Shown here: in pieces, positions 9,731 through 18,598 of the stretch
Layout: each line of letters starts with the position of its first letter
How positions within the stretch are numbered: position 1 is the first letter of the stretch
NCBI GenBank assembly: GCA_038870635.1
Contig: JAVZJR010000001.1
Location: forward strand, 74,797-138,796
Direction of reading: 5' to 3'
From: Candidatus Bilamarchaeaceae archaeon
GTDB lineage: Archaea > Micrarchaeota > Micrarchaeia > Anstonellales > Bilamarchaeaceae
DNA length: 64,000 nucleotides
Notes under the pieces: generated by a model
The model's database searches: none
Told to the model about the DNA's origin: nothing
Seen by the model: only the letters and a program-made list of their open reading frames with translations
Program-made: the position numbers and the translations under genes

Positions 9731-11116
9731 TTAGCACAAGTTGGTCGGGAGGGAGTGAGAATGTAGTGTCTCTTTATTATCAGCTTTATTATCGGTTTTT
9801 TTAGTACCATATACATAAAGAAATATACTAATTATATAAGCAGAATTCTGAATCGCCCGCGGTATTAATTCTTCCCCTTGCTTATAACATTCTTCATCAG
9901 TCAACTTCCCTTTAAACATTTGGTCTGCCCGAGTCCCAGGTCGGTCAACACTACGGAATAGTTGAGTGTAAGAGACAATTATATCTATCAGCGCCGGTAG
10001 TTTTTCCTTTATATTGTACTTATTCCAATTTTTTGGTGGTTCTAAAGGAGCAAGAGGTCCGCTATCCCATATTCTTATATTTGGTTTTTTTGAATGCCTA
10101 CGGATATCAGGATAATCACATCTTTTACACCACTGCTCAAAAGAATCAAGCTTCCCTAAAAACCATGTTGGTCCATGAGGGTCGTTATGTACGTGTGCAG
10201 GAACATGAAGATCGCATACGAGATGAAGAATGTGACCAAGTTGATAAAAAGCTCTTGGTTTATCTTTTTTTTCATATAGTTCAGAAGCACTGTCCCAATA
10301 CTGTAAAATCCTATCTAATGCGCTTTGGAAACATATTTCATTACCAAGTAAACAAAGACCGGTATTATATTTTTTTGTCGGGTCATGGAAGTGCGCCATA
10401 TACGGTCTATTAAGTTCATCATACTCTTCTTTTTTTATTAATTTACGAAATATTTTTGCCACAACCTTAACAACCCCTTCAAAAAAACCAGGAAGTGGTT
10501 TTTCATCAGGAGGTAAAAGTTCTTCTAAAGGTACTAAAAGTTCCTTTCTCGAAGTTCTTTCAATAAAACTCTTATAACCTCTATAAAAGATATCAGCAAA
10601 TTCTTCGCCTTGCCTAAAAACGTAATCCTCTGCTAATGCACCAACTAAAAGATGAAGCATATATCTTTGTGCTTCTTCCACACCGCAAAGTTTTACTGCT
10701 TCATAAACCAAGTACTGATGAGAGGAAGCAGGATGACTTAGTAAACGTTCTACTTCTTCTTGTGCTTGTTGGATTGTTATATAAGGTTTACCACCCTTCT
10801 TTATTTCTGGCGTAATCTCGTGCGGATAATAAATCTCCACACTCTCCCCTCTCAAAATGCTATCAGAAACCGAAGATTTTGGAGGAAGTGGGCCGGTGTC
10901 AAAATATGATATTTGAGGCCTATTAAAATCCTCTCGGGTAGGCATTGGTAAAGAAAAAGAAGAGGAAACGCTCGCGTAGGCGGGCTGTAATCCAAGGAAA
11001 GGAGAACTAATGGGATAGAGCACGGCGTTGATTTTATCCTTGAATTTCTCCCACCTCTCACGAATCCTCCGATAGAAGGATTCCCCCCTTCTAACAGATT
11101 TATCCGCGAGCGCCAT
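9731..11116 (-). CDS. Zinc-dependent phospholipase C / S1-P1 nuclease-fold protein
   Basis: SHQYL, GALAED, HFHDP, LGHILHLVCDLHVPAHVHND and FEQW Zn-ligand pattern. Confidence 0.75.
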   Translation of the reverse strand: MALADKSVRRGESFYRRIRERWEKFKDKINAVLYPISSPFLGLQPAYASVSSSFSLPMPTREDFNRPQISYFDTGPLPPKSSVSDSILRGESVEIYYPHEITPEIKKGGKPYITIQQAQEEVERLLSHPASSHQYLVYEAVKLCGVEEAQRYMLHLLVGALAEDYVFRQGEEFADIFYRGYKSFIERTSRKELLVPLEELLPPDEKPLPGFFEGVVKVVAKIFRKLIKKEEYDELNRPYMAHFHDPTKKYNTGLCLLGNEICFQSALDRILQYWDSASELYEKKDKPRAFYQLGHILHLVCDLHVPAHVHNDPHGPTWFLGKLDSFEQWCKRCDYPDIRRHSKKPNIRIWDSGPLAPLEPPKNWNKYNIKEKLPALIDIIVSYTQLFRSVDRPGTRADQMFKGKLTDEECYKQGEELIPRAIQNSAYIISIFLYVYGTKKTDNKADNKETLHSHSLPTNLC

Positions 11117-11158
11117 ATAAAATATATGGGTATTAGTGTTTTTAAATGGTGTTGTTTT

Positions 11159-11713
11159 TTATAGTTTTAAACGGTATAGTGACAAAATTAAAAAGGAAAG
11201 AATAGCACCTAATATCGCGGTTAGTAATTGCACGACACCCATTGCGCTTAGAAGAATTACTGGAACAATACCAAAGGTGCTAAAAATATAAGCACCTGAA
11301 AATATCAAAACTGATTTTAAAATGGCTGCAGCGCTGGCAGTAATCCAATAATTAATCTTTCTTATAAAATACAACTCTTTGAAAACATAAATCAAAATGA
11401 AATTTCCAATCCAGATAAAAGGCATGAGATAAATTAGATAAAAAGTGAAAGGGCCAAAAAGAATGCTATTCAGAAAAGCTGCTATCGAAGGAAGAAAAAC
11501 TAATGGCATTACTTTCAAGCCTCGCAAACGAAAAGCAGCTAAAATCAGAAAAGCATTTACTATAGTACCAGTTAATATTTGTGGATGAGAAAAAATAAAT
11601 GGTATTGCGAATGCGATAACAGAGTAAACAAAGAGTTCTAAATTTTCATATTCTTCTTTAAAATCACAATGAACTTGTTCTAATACTGCAAAGAGATTAG
11701 TATACTTTTTCAT
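11159..11713 (-). CDS. Membrane protein, ECF S-component-like
   Basis: About 6 TM helices; PQILTGTIVNA, PFIWIGN and QLLTAILG motifs. Confidence 0.6.
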   Translation of the reverse strand: MKKYTNLFAVLEQVHCDFKEEYENLELFVYSVIAFAIPFIFSHPQILTGTIVNAFLILAAFRLRGLKVMPLVFLPSIAAFLNSILFGPFTFYLIYLMPFIWIGNFILIYVFKELYFIRKINYWITASAAAILKSVLIFSGAYIFSTFGIVPVILLSAMGVVQLLTAILGAILSFLILSLYRLKL

Positions 11714-11746
11714 AGGTAGTATAGTGGAAAGGTAAGTTAAAATATT

Positions 11747-12481
11747 TTACGAAAAAAACAAAGACAACGCAAAAACTAAGGCAAGCCCAATGAAAAAAGA
11801 AATAACAGCCCAAGTACGGTATTTTTGTTCAGAAAAAGCATCAGGAAGCACTTCCAATAATACTACGTTTGTCATTGCACCTGCGGAAAAAGCAAGCGCG
11901 ATGTTATTTATAGAAGAAAAAGACGAAAGTAAATAGTAACTAAAAATTACAGAAATCGCCTCCAAAAAACCTGAAAGAGAACCTAAGTATATCGCAACTT
12001 TTTTTCGTATCCCATAAACATAAGCCGGCGCGGAAACCATAAAACCTTCTGGTATATCTTGCAAAGCAATGGCAAAAGTTATAAGCCAACCAAGGGAGGC
12101 CGAATGAAGAAAAGCAGAGGCAATCGCAAAACCTTCAGGAAAATTGTGTATCGCTATAGCACCTATTACAAGTGCGGTTTTCTTTTTTGAAGGAGTTATA
12201 CTTTTTTTTCTTATAAAATAATGAACATGAGGTATAAGGTGCTCACCTAATGCAACCGCAGTTACGCCAGCAAAAAAATAAATTAAGAGAGTAACATCTA
12301 TTGTTTTATCTATTGCATTTATAAAAAGCTCAAAAACAGAGAAAAACATAACACCCGCAGCAAAAGCCAAATAAAAAACATTTTTTCTTTTATCATCTGA
12401 CTTTACCAAAAAAAGAAATATTGACCCGATGGTAGTTGCAATAAAAACTAAAAGCGCGGCCAACAAAACATCAAAAGTCAT
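11747..12481 (-). CDS. ZIP (ZupT/GufA) family metal transporter
   Basis: FAAGVM, HNFPEGFA, QDIPEG and AFSAGAM motifs. Confidence 0.92.
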   Translation of the reverse strand: MTFDVLLAALLVFIATTIGSIFLFLVKSDDKRKNVFYLAFAAGVMFFSVFELFINAIDKTIDVTLLIYFFAGVTAVALGEHLIPHVHYFIRKKSITPSKKKTALVIGAIAIHNFPEGFAIASAFLHSASLGWLITFAIALQDIPEGFMVSAPAYVYGIRKKVAIYLGSLSGFLEAISVIFSYYLLSSFSSINNIALAFSAGAMTNVVLLEVLPDAFSEQKYRTWAVISFFIGLALVFALSLFFS

Positions 12482-12850
12482 TTATTCCCTCTTTTTATAA
12501 TCTTCTATTGCTTTCTTAAGTGCCTGTATGCTCATCACAGAGCAATGGAATTTTACAGGTGGTAACCCTCCAAGCTCTTTAACAATATCTTCATACTTCA
12601 TTTGCAACACCTCGTCTATGTGTTTTCCTTTAGCCATTTCACAAAGTGCATCAGAAGCTGCAATTGCCGCAACGCAACCATATGTCTGAAAACGAACGTC
12701 ACGTAAAACACCTTTTTTATCCACTTTTATATAAACCTTTATTACGTCGCCACATGCAAGATTACCCACTTCGCCTACGCCGCTTGGTTTCTTTATTTCA
12801 CCAGCAAACTTAGGATTTTTAAAATGCTTAAGCACCTTTTCTGAATACAT
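12482..12850 (-). CDS. iscU: Fe-S cluster scaffold IscU/NifU
   Basis: YSEKVLKHFKNP, GNLACGD, TYGCVAAIA and LPPVKFHCS motifs. Confidence 0.95.
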   Translation of the reverse strand: MYSEKVLKHFKNPKFAGEIKKPSGVGEVGNLACGDVIKVYIKVDKKGVLRDVRFQTYGCVAAIAASDALCEMAKGKHIDEVLQMKYEDIVKELGGLPPVKFHCSVMSIQALKKAIEDYKKRE

Positions 12851-14012
12851 AGTCAAGCACCTTTTTTATAGGAGATATCTTTCTCAGTTTTTTTACACTC
12901 TGCTGTGTTTTTTCTATTACATAATCAATTTCATCTTCAGTTGTAAAACGGCTAATTGACATCCTTATACTGCTATTTATAAGAGCATCATCTAAACCCA
13001 ATGCTCTCAAAACATGGCTTTTCTCTAAAGAACGTGAAGAGCAAGCTGAGCCAGTAGATGTTTTTATACCATATTGCTCCAACATCATTCCTAATCCTTC
13101 GCCTTCAACACCAAAAAAAGAGAAGTTAGCGTTATTACATAAACGTTTTTCACCTCGCGGACCATTCAACACCGTATCTTCTATTTCAAGAATTCCTTTT
13201 ATCAAACGGTCCCGCAAAGCGTACATTTTGTCTATATGCCTCCGATTAGATGCTATCTCAACAGCCTTCGCAAATCCAACTATGCCGGCTGTGTTTTCTG
13301 TTCCTCCGCGCCTATTTCTTTCTTGCCCCCCGCCATGTTGCCATGGAACAAAATTAACATCTTCTTGAATATAAATCGCACCGACACCTTTAGGACCATG
13401 AATCTTATGTGCGTTTAAAGTTGCAAGCGCTATGTTTTGTTTTTTGACGTCGAGCTCTGTTTTTGTATAGCTTTGACAAGCATCAGTATGCAATGGTACA
13501 TCGTATTCCTTACAAATTTTACCTACCTCAGTCAGGTTTTGTATAGTGCCAATTTCGTTGTGGCCATGGATTATTGAAACAAGAATAGTATCTTTTTTGA
13601 TGCTTTGGGAAAGTTGCTCAACATTTACAAAACCTTCTTTATCAACATCTAAATAAGTTACTCTAAACCCTTCACTCTCAAGCCATGCACAACTGTTGAG
13701 GATACATTTGTGTTCTATCTTTGTGGTTATTATATGCTTGCCTTTATTTCGATTTGCAAACGCAACTCCTTTTAATGCAAGATTATTTCCCTCTGTTCCG
13801 CCCGAAGTGAATATTATTTCATCTGCTCTGCTTTTTATAGAAGCTGCAATTTTATCACGTGATTGTTCTATTGCTTCTTTTGCTTCTAAGCCCAATGAAT
13901 GAATAGATGATGGATTTCCATAACGCTCTTTTAAGTAAGGAAGCATTTCTTCTAATACTGCCGGGTCTATCATTGTGGTTGCAGCATTATCCATATAAAC
14001 AACTTTTGGCAT
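12828..14012 (-). CDS. iscS: Cysteine desulfurase IscS/NifS
   Basis: YMDNAATT, FTSGGTE, AHKIHGPKG and STGSACSS motifs. Confidence 0.96.
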   Translation of the reverse strand: MPKVVYMDNAATTMIDPAVLEEMLPYLKERYGNPSSIHSLGLEAKEAIEQSRDKIAASIKSRADEIIFTSGGTEGNNLALKGVAFANRNKGKHIITTKIEHKCILNSCAWLESEGFRVTYLDVDKEGFVNVEQLSQSIKKDTILVSIIHGHNEIGTIQNLTEVGKICKEYDVPLHTDACQSYTKTELDVKKQNIALATLNAHKIHGPKGVGAIYIQEDVNFVPWQHGGGQERNRRGGTENTAGIVGFAKAVEIASNRRHIDKMYALRDRLIKGILEIEDTVLNGPRGEKRLCNNANFSFFGVEGEGLGMMLEQYGIKTSTGSACSSRSLEKSHVLRALGLDDALINSSIRMSISRFTTEDEIDYVIEKTQQSVKKLRKISPIKKVLDYVFRKGA

Positions 14013-14298
14013 ATTTGCATTCACCTCTGCACTTTTCTACACATCTTGTAGCTGCTAATAAAAACGGTAAGATGCGCTCATCTAGGTAGTAGATTACTCT
14101 TTTTCCTTTTCTTTCACTTTTCACTATTTTACATCTTCTTAAAATAGAAAGATGATGAGAAATTTTGCTCTGTTCCTCATCTAATGCTAAAACTAAATCG
14201 CTAACGCTTTGCGGTTTTGCCTTAAGCGAAAGTATAATTCTTAACCTGAGACTATTGGCAAAATTCTTGAAGAAATAATAATATGGAAAAAATTTCAT
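13987..14298 (-). CDS. ArsR/SmtB family transcriptional regulator
   Basis: RLRIILSL...QSKISHHLSILRRCKIV...GKRVIY wHTH; Cys-rich C-terminus. Confidence 0.9.
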   Translation of the reverse strand: MKFFPYYYFFKNFANSLRLRIILSLKAKPQSVSDLVLALDEEQSKISHHLSILRRCKIVKSERKGKRVIYYLDERILPFLLAATRCVEKCRGECKYAKSCLYG

Positions 14299-14316
14299 AT
14301 GAAAAATATTTCATAT
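14281..14316. promoter_or_regulatory. Putative ArsR operator (two overlapping inverted repeats over the start codon)
   Basis: ATATGAAA-N4-TTTCATAT at 14297-14316 and ATATGGAA-N4-TTTCATAT at 14281-14300; TTTAAA box at 14322-14327. Confidence 0.65.
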
Positions 14317-14384
14317 AAAGATTTAAAAAAGTGAGCATAAATTAATCCAAAGAAGATACAGAAAAATAAGAAAAAAAGAGATAA

Positions 14385-15299
14385 TTAGAGGTTAATTTTT
14401 AGATCGAGTTCCTTTTTAAGTTCTCGGTACCTATTTCTAATTGTTACTTCAGTAACGCCAGCCACATCAGCCACTTCTTTCTGTGTTTTCTTTACACCAT
14501 GCATCGCAGAAGCAATGTAAAGAGCAGCTGCGGCTACACCAGTCGGTCCTCTACCAGATATCAGGCCTTTTTTGAGAGCCTTTTTAATAAGCTTTACTGC
14601 ATCGCTCTGGACTTCGCCACTCAGCTTTAACGCAGTCGCAAATTTAGGCACGTATTGGCTTGGGTCAGTAAGCGGGACATCGATATCCAACTCTACTTTA
14701 AGGAATCGATATGCTCTTCCTATTTCTTTTTTCTCTATACCAGAAGCACGAGCGATTTCATCCAGCGTCCTTGGTATACCACGCATTCTACAAATCGCAT
14801 AGATTACGGCAGCCACGACGCTTTCTATAAGTCTCCCTCTAATCAACTCATCTTTTACTGCTTTTCGGTAAAGAAGCGCTGCGCTCTCTTTTATGTTCTC
14901 TGGCAATCCTAATGCAGAAGCAACACGATCAAGTTCAGTTAGTGCGATTATAAGATTTCTTTCCATTGATGATGAAACAGAAGCTCGTTTGTGCCATTTT
15001 CGCATTCTGTACAATTGCGCTTGCTTTTTAGCGGATATCTTACCGCCACGAATGTCACGGTTGTACTGGTCTATTTCAGTAACAAGTCCTTTGTTGGGGC
15101 GCATAAACTTGACTGGCGCTCCGCCTCTTGCTTTTTTCTCTTTTTGCTCAGCATCAAAAGCCCTCCATTCTGGACCTTGATCCTGTATGTTGTCGGCTAT
15201 AATAAGGCCGCAATCAGCGCAGATTATTTCTCCGCGCTCATAGTCCCTAATGAGCCTTTTGCTCTTACATTCCGGACATTTTTTTACTGTTGTAGACAT
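14385..15299 (-). CDS. tfb: Transcription initiation factor TFB
   Basis: CPEC...CADCG Zn ribbon, GPEWRAF, two cyclin repeats, VTEVTIRNRY; GAGGTG RBS before MSTT. Confidence 0.97.
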   Translation of the reverse strand: MSTTVKKCPECKSKRLIRDYERGEIICADCGLIIADNIQDQGPEWRAFDAEQKEKKARGGAPVKFMRPNKGLVTEIDQYNRDIRGGKISAKKQAQLYRMRKWHKRASVSSSMERNLIIALTELDRVASALGLPENIKESAALLYRKAVKDELIRGRLIESVVAAVIYAICRMRGIPRTLDEIARASGIEKKEIGRAYRFLKVELDIDVPLTDPSQYVPKFATALKLSGEVQSDAVKLIKKALKKGLISGRGPTGVAAAALYIASAMHGVKKTQKEVADVAGVTEVTIRNRYRELKKELDLKINL

Positions 15300-15493
15300 T
15301 CTAACACCTCTAAAAATAAACTCCGTCGAAAACAAGCGGAAATTTTAAAAATATTGCTCTAATATTTGCTTTAGATAAATTTATAAATGTTTCTTTAAAC
15401 CGTAATTTTTTTATATCCGCTTTTGCGTGAAGATAATATTATAAATTATATCGTCGATATATCGGCGTCGCGTTGCGACTTGAAGGTGGAAAT

Positions 15494-15715
15494 ATGGCAA
15501 AAAGAGAAAAAGTAACAAATGAAAAAATTGAAAGAGAGGAGGGGTACCTTTATTATATAGGAAAAGATGGCTATGTTTGGGCTGCACCAATGAAGCACAA
15601 TAAAGGTGGAAGAAAGAAAAAAGTAGGAAATGAAAAGATAACAAAAGAAGCAGGTTATATGTACTTCGTTGGTACAGACGGATATGTTTATAAGGTAAAG
15701 ATGAAGAATGCGTAA
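15494..15715 (+). CDS. Small basic protein resembling chromatin protein Cc1
   Basis: Two-fold repeat KI.(R/K)E.GY.Y(Y/F).G.DGYV; GGTGG RBS; 73 aa. Confidence 0.7.
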   Translation: MAKREKVTNEKIEREEGYLYYIGKDGYVWAAPMKHNKGGRKKKVGNEKITKEAGYMYFVGTDGYVYKVKMKNA

Positions 15716-15720
15716 CTCCT

Positions 15721-15750
15721 CTCTTTTTTTCTTTTTTTATTTTTTGTTTA
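15721..15750 (+). terminator. Oligo-T terminator after the Cc1-like gene
   Basis: Several T7-like tracts immediately after the stop codon. Confidence 0.55.
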
Positions 15751-15815
15751 AAATTTTAGATTGAATTCCCTTTTTTAATATTTCTAATATATAATAAACA
15801 AAACTAGGTGGTTTA

Positions 15816-16211
15816 ATGCAATTGATAATCTCGGACCCAAAAACAGGTAAAAGCTATAAAGTAGATATCCCAAAGGATAAAGAAATAGAAATTATAGGAA
15901 AAAAGATAGGTGATGAAGTAGAATTAGGATTTTTAGGTGCGCCAGGTTACAAAATAGAGCTTACGGGCGGAAGCGATGGAAGCGGCTTTCCAATGAGAAA
16001 GGACATACGAGGAACAGGAAGAAAAAGTACTCTTCTTACAAAAGGTGTTGGTTTCCGAGCAAAAGAGAAGGGGAAAAGAGTAAGAAAAACAGTAAGAGGG
16101 AACACTTTCTCTTCCGAGATTGTGCAAGTTAATAGTAAAGTAAAAGAATATGGCGCCACGCCGCTTGAAGAAATATTTAAGATGCCTGAAAAGAAAGAAG
16201 AGAAAAAGTAG
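15816..16211 (+). CDS. rps6e: 30S ribosomal protein S6e
   Basis: ISDPKTGKSY, LTGGSDGSGFPMRKD and RKTVRGN motifs. Confidence 0.97.
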   Translation: MQLIISDPKTGKSYKVDIPKDKEIEIIGKKIGDEVELGFLGAPGYKIELTGGSDGSGFPMRKDIRGTGRKSTLLTKGVGFRAKEKGKRVRKTVRGNTFSSEIVQVNSKVKEYGATPLEEIFKMPEKKEEKK

Positions 16212-16220
16212 GTGAATTAA

Positions 16221-17411
16221 TTGCAGGCGGAAGTTAACATCGGTCTTTTAGGTCATGTCGATCATGGAAAAACAACACTTACAAAAGCATTAACTGGTAA
16301 ATGGACAGATACACACAGTGAAGAGATAAAACGGGGGATATCGATACGACTTGGCTATGCCGATGCAGTAGTCCGCCACTGTAAAAAATGTAATAGAATA
16401 ACACTAAAAGAAGAATGCCCAGTATGTAAAGAAAAGACCGATATTAAAAGAAAGATATCATTTGTTGATGCGCCCGGGCACGAAACATTGATGGCCACTG
16501 TTATTGCCGCTGCTAGCATCTTAGATGGAGCGTTATTCTTAATCGCAGCAAATGAACCTTGTCCACAACCGCAAACAGTTGAACATATGATAGTGCTCAA
16601 CGCTCTTGGGATAAAAAATATAATAATAGTACAAACAAAAATAGATTTAGTAAGCAAAGAAAAAGCCTTAGAGAATTATAGACAGATAAAAGAATTTCTT
16701 AAAGGAACGATAGCAGAGAACGCACCTGTAATACCAGTGGCTGCTAATGTCGGCTTAAACATAGATGAATTAGTAGCTGAAATAGAAAAAAATATACCTA
16801 CACCAAAAAGAGATGAAAACGCACCACTACGTGCTTACATCTCGCGTTCATTTGATGTAAATCTACCAGGCACAGAGATAACAAAATTAAAAGGAGGAGT
16901 AGTCGGTGGGTCAATAGTAAGCGGTGTTCTTAAGGAAGGAGAAAAAATAGACATAAGCCCAGGCATTCAAAGAAAAGAGAATTTGCCATTTGAAAAGATA
17001 ACTACCACTGCGAGAAGTATAAGAGAAGAAAATGAAAAGTTAGAGATTGCAAAACCAGGAGGATTGATAGCAGTAGCAACAGATATCGATCCCGCGTTTA
17101 CTAAATCTGACGGGCTAGTTGGCAATATAATAACCAAAGCAGGCGAGGCAATTCCTGCGAAAAACGAGATTGAGGTAAGCTATACCTTACTCAATAGACC
17201 AGATATGGAGGTACAACCGCTCAAAGAAAACGAACCTGTTGTTGTTAACGTACATACATATACAGGTATAGGAATAATAAAAAACTTAAAAAAAGGAATA
17301 GCGCTTATTCAATTAAAAAGACCTGTTGTGATATACCCTGATATGTATATCGCATTGAGTAGGAAAGTTGGCCAAAGATGGCGTCTTTGCGCTCTTGGAA
17401 AAATGAAATGA
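16221..17411 (+). CDS. eif2g: Translation initiation factor aIF-2 gamma
   Basis: QAEVNIGLLGHVDHGKTT, DAPGHE, CPQPQT and RSFDVN motifs; TTG start after GGTGA. Confidence 0.97.
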   Translation: MQAEVNIGLLGHVDHGKTTLTKALTGKWTDTHSEEIKRGISIRLGYADAVVRHCKKCNRITLKEECPVCKEKTDIKRKISFVDAPGHETLMATVIAAASILDGALFLIAANEPCPQPQTVEHMIVLNALGIKNIIIVQTKIDLVSKEKALENYRQIKEFLKGTIAENAPVIPVAANVGLNIDELVAEIEKNIPTPKRDENAPLRAYISRSFDVNLPGTEITKLKGGVVGGSIVSGVLKEGEKIDISPGIQRKENLPFEKITTTARSIREENEKLEIAKPGGLIAVATDIDPAFTKSDGLVGNIITKAGEAIPAKNEIEVSYTLLNRPDMEVQPLKENEPVVVNVHTYTGIGIIKNLKKGIALIQLKRPVVIYPDMYIALSRKVGQRWRLCALGKMK

Positions 17412-17419
17412 TATTAAGT

Positions 17420-17503
17420 GCTGGGGTCGCCTAGTCCGGTAGGGCGGCAGGTTGCTAACCTGTTGCGCGTAAGCGTTCGGGAGTTCAAATCTCCCCCCTA
17501 GCG
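17420..17503 (+). tRNA. tRNA-Ser(GCT)
   Basis: GCTGGGG/CCCTAGC acceptor stem; GCAGG-TTGCTAA-CCTGT anticodon arm; long variable arm; GTTCAAATC T-loop. Confidence 0.95.
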
Positions 17504-17569
17504 CTTTTTTAACTTCTGCATCTAAACAACTTAAAAGCTTTATTGATTAGAGAATAAAAGGGGAATAAA

Positions 17570-18163
17570 ATGAAAAATAAAATAATTGGAATTCTGGTGA
17601 TAATTGCAGGTTTGTTAAATGCAGCACTTGTCGTTTCAGGTGATGCAGGGATATCTTTTGCTAAAAACAAATCAACAGAGATGTGCAATGATCCGCGCGT
17701 GTCTGAAGTATTCATCTGCTCAGGCAATGTAGTAAAAGTCGTCTGGGCGGATATTGGAAAGGGCTCAACTTTCTTTGTGCCAGATGGCAGAGTAGTTGAT
17801 TGTATCACGCTTGAACCAGGAAAAACTAGTGCTGCATGTGTTCAATTCTCTATACCGAATTATTGTACGCAAAAAGTAGAATGCTCCAAGGAAGAGAAAA
17901 AGGCAACCGAAGAAAAGGAAAAGGTAACAATAATAGAAGAAACAAAAAATGAAAGTAAAAAAATAGAAGAAAGTATAGAAAATAAAACAACACCGCCAAA
18001 AAAAGAGAACCAAACCATAGTAATACCTTTTGATAGAACAGCTGAAAAAAATAAAGAAGAGAGTAGTAATTTCCTTACACCAATCACGATTGCAGTAGTA
18101 GCGATGATTGCGGTTCTTCTAGCGCTTTATTATATATTCAAAAAAACAGTGATAAAAAATTAG
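17570..18163 (+). CDS. Hypothetical exported protein (Cys-containing domain, charged linker, C-terminal TM)
   Basis: Signal peptide, six Cys, E/K-rich linker, TM helix. Confidence 0.7.
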   Translation: MKNKIIGILVIIAGLLNAALVVSGDAGISFAKNKSTEMCNDPRVSEVFICSGNVVKVVWADIGKGSTFFVPDGRVVDCITLEPGKTSAACVQFSIPNYCTQKVECSKEEKKATEEKEKVTIIEETKNESKKIEESIENKTTPPKKENQTIVIPFDRTAEKNKEESSNFLTPITIAVVAMIAVLLALYYIFKKTVIKN

Positions 18164-18598
18164 TCACAATTTTCCAACTGCGTGACCACGTATTAAGAGA
18201 TGTTTTATTTTTTCCTTCTCATCTTCATTTTTAATCATCAAATCTATTTGTTTTAAACGATTAGCGTAATGATGGTATGCTTTAATAGCAGCAGCATAAG
18301 CATCCCTTACATGAGAGTCAGCGATACCCTTACTAACTCTCTTTTTATCTTTAACTAAAAGAGATTTTTTTGGTTCAAAAAGAGGTGCTGCGAAACGAGC
18401 GGCTATTTTTTTAACAAAAAAAGGCGCGGGCGATACATCGGTAGCGATAACTGAAGGCGTCCCAAAAGACGATATTATACGCACAAGGTCGTCATAGCCC
18501 ACTTCTTTGACAACACCAAAAGCAATTAGCTCTCCTCTTAAATTAAGTATTGCATAACCTGTTTTTATACCTGCATCAACTCCGACTATTAGGTACAA
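18164..18598 (-). CDS. DUF460-like RNase H-fold protein
   Basis: YLIVGVDAGIKTGYAIL, VIATDVSP and HVRDAYAAA motifs. Confidence 0.8.
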   Translation of the reverse strand: MYLIVGVDAGIKTGYAILNLRGELIAFGVVKEVGYDDLVRIISSFGTPSVIATDVSPAPFFVKKIAARFAAPLFEPKKSLLVKDKKRVSKGIADSHVRDAYAAAIKAYHHYANRLKQIDLMIKNEDEKEKIKHLLIRGHAVGKL

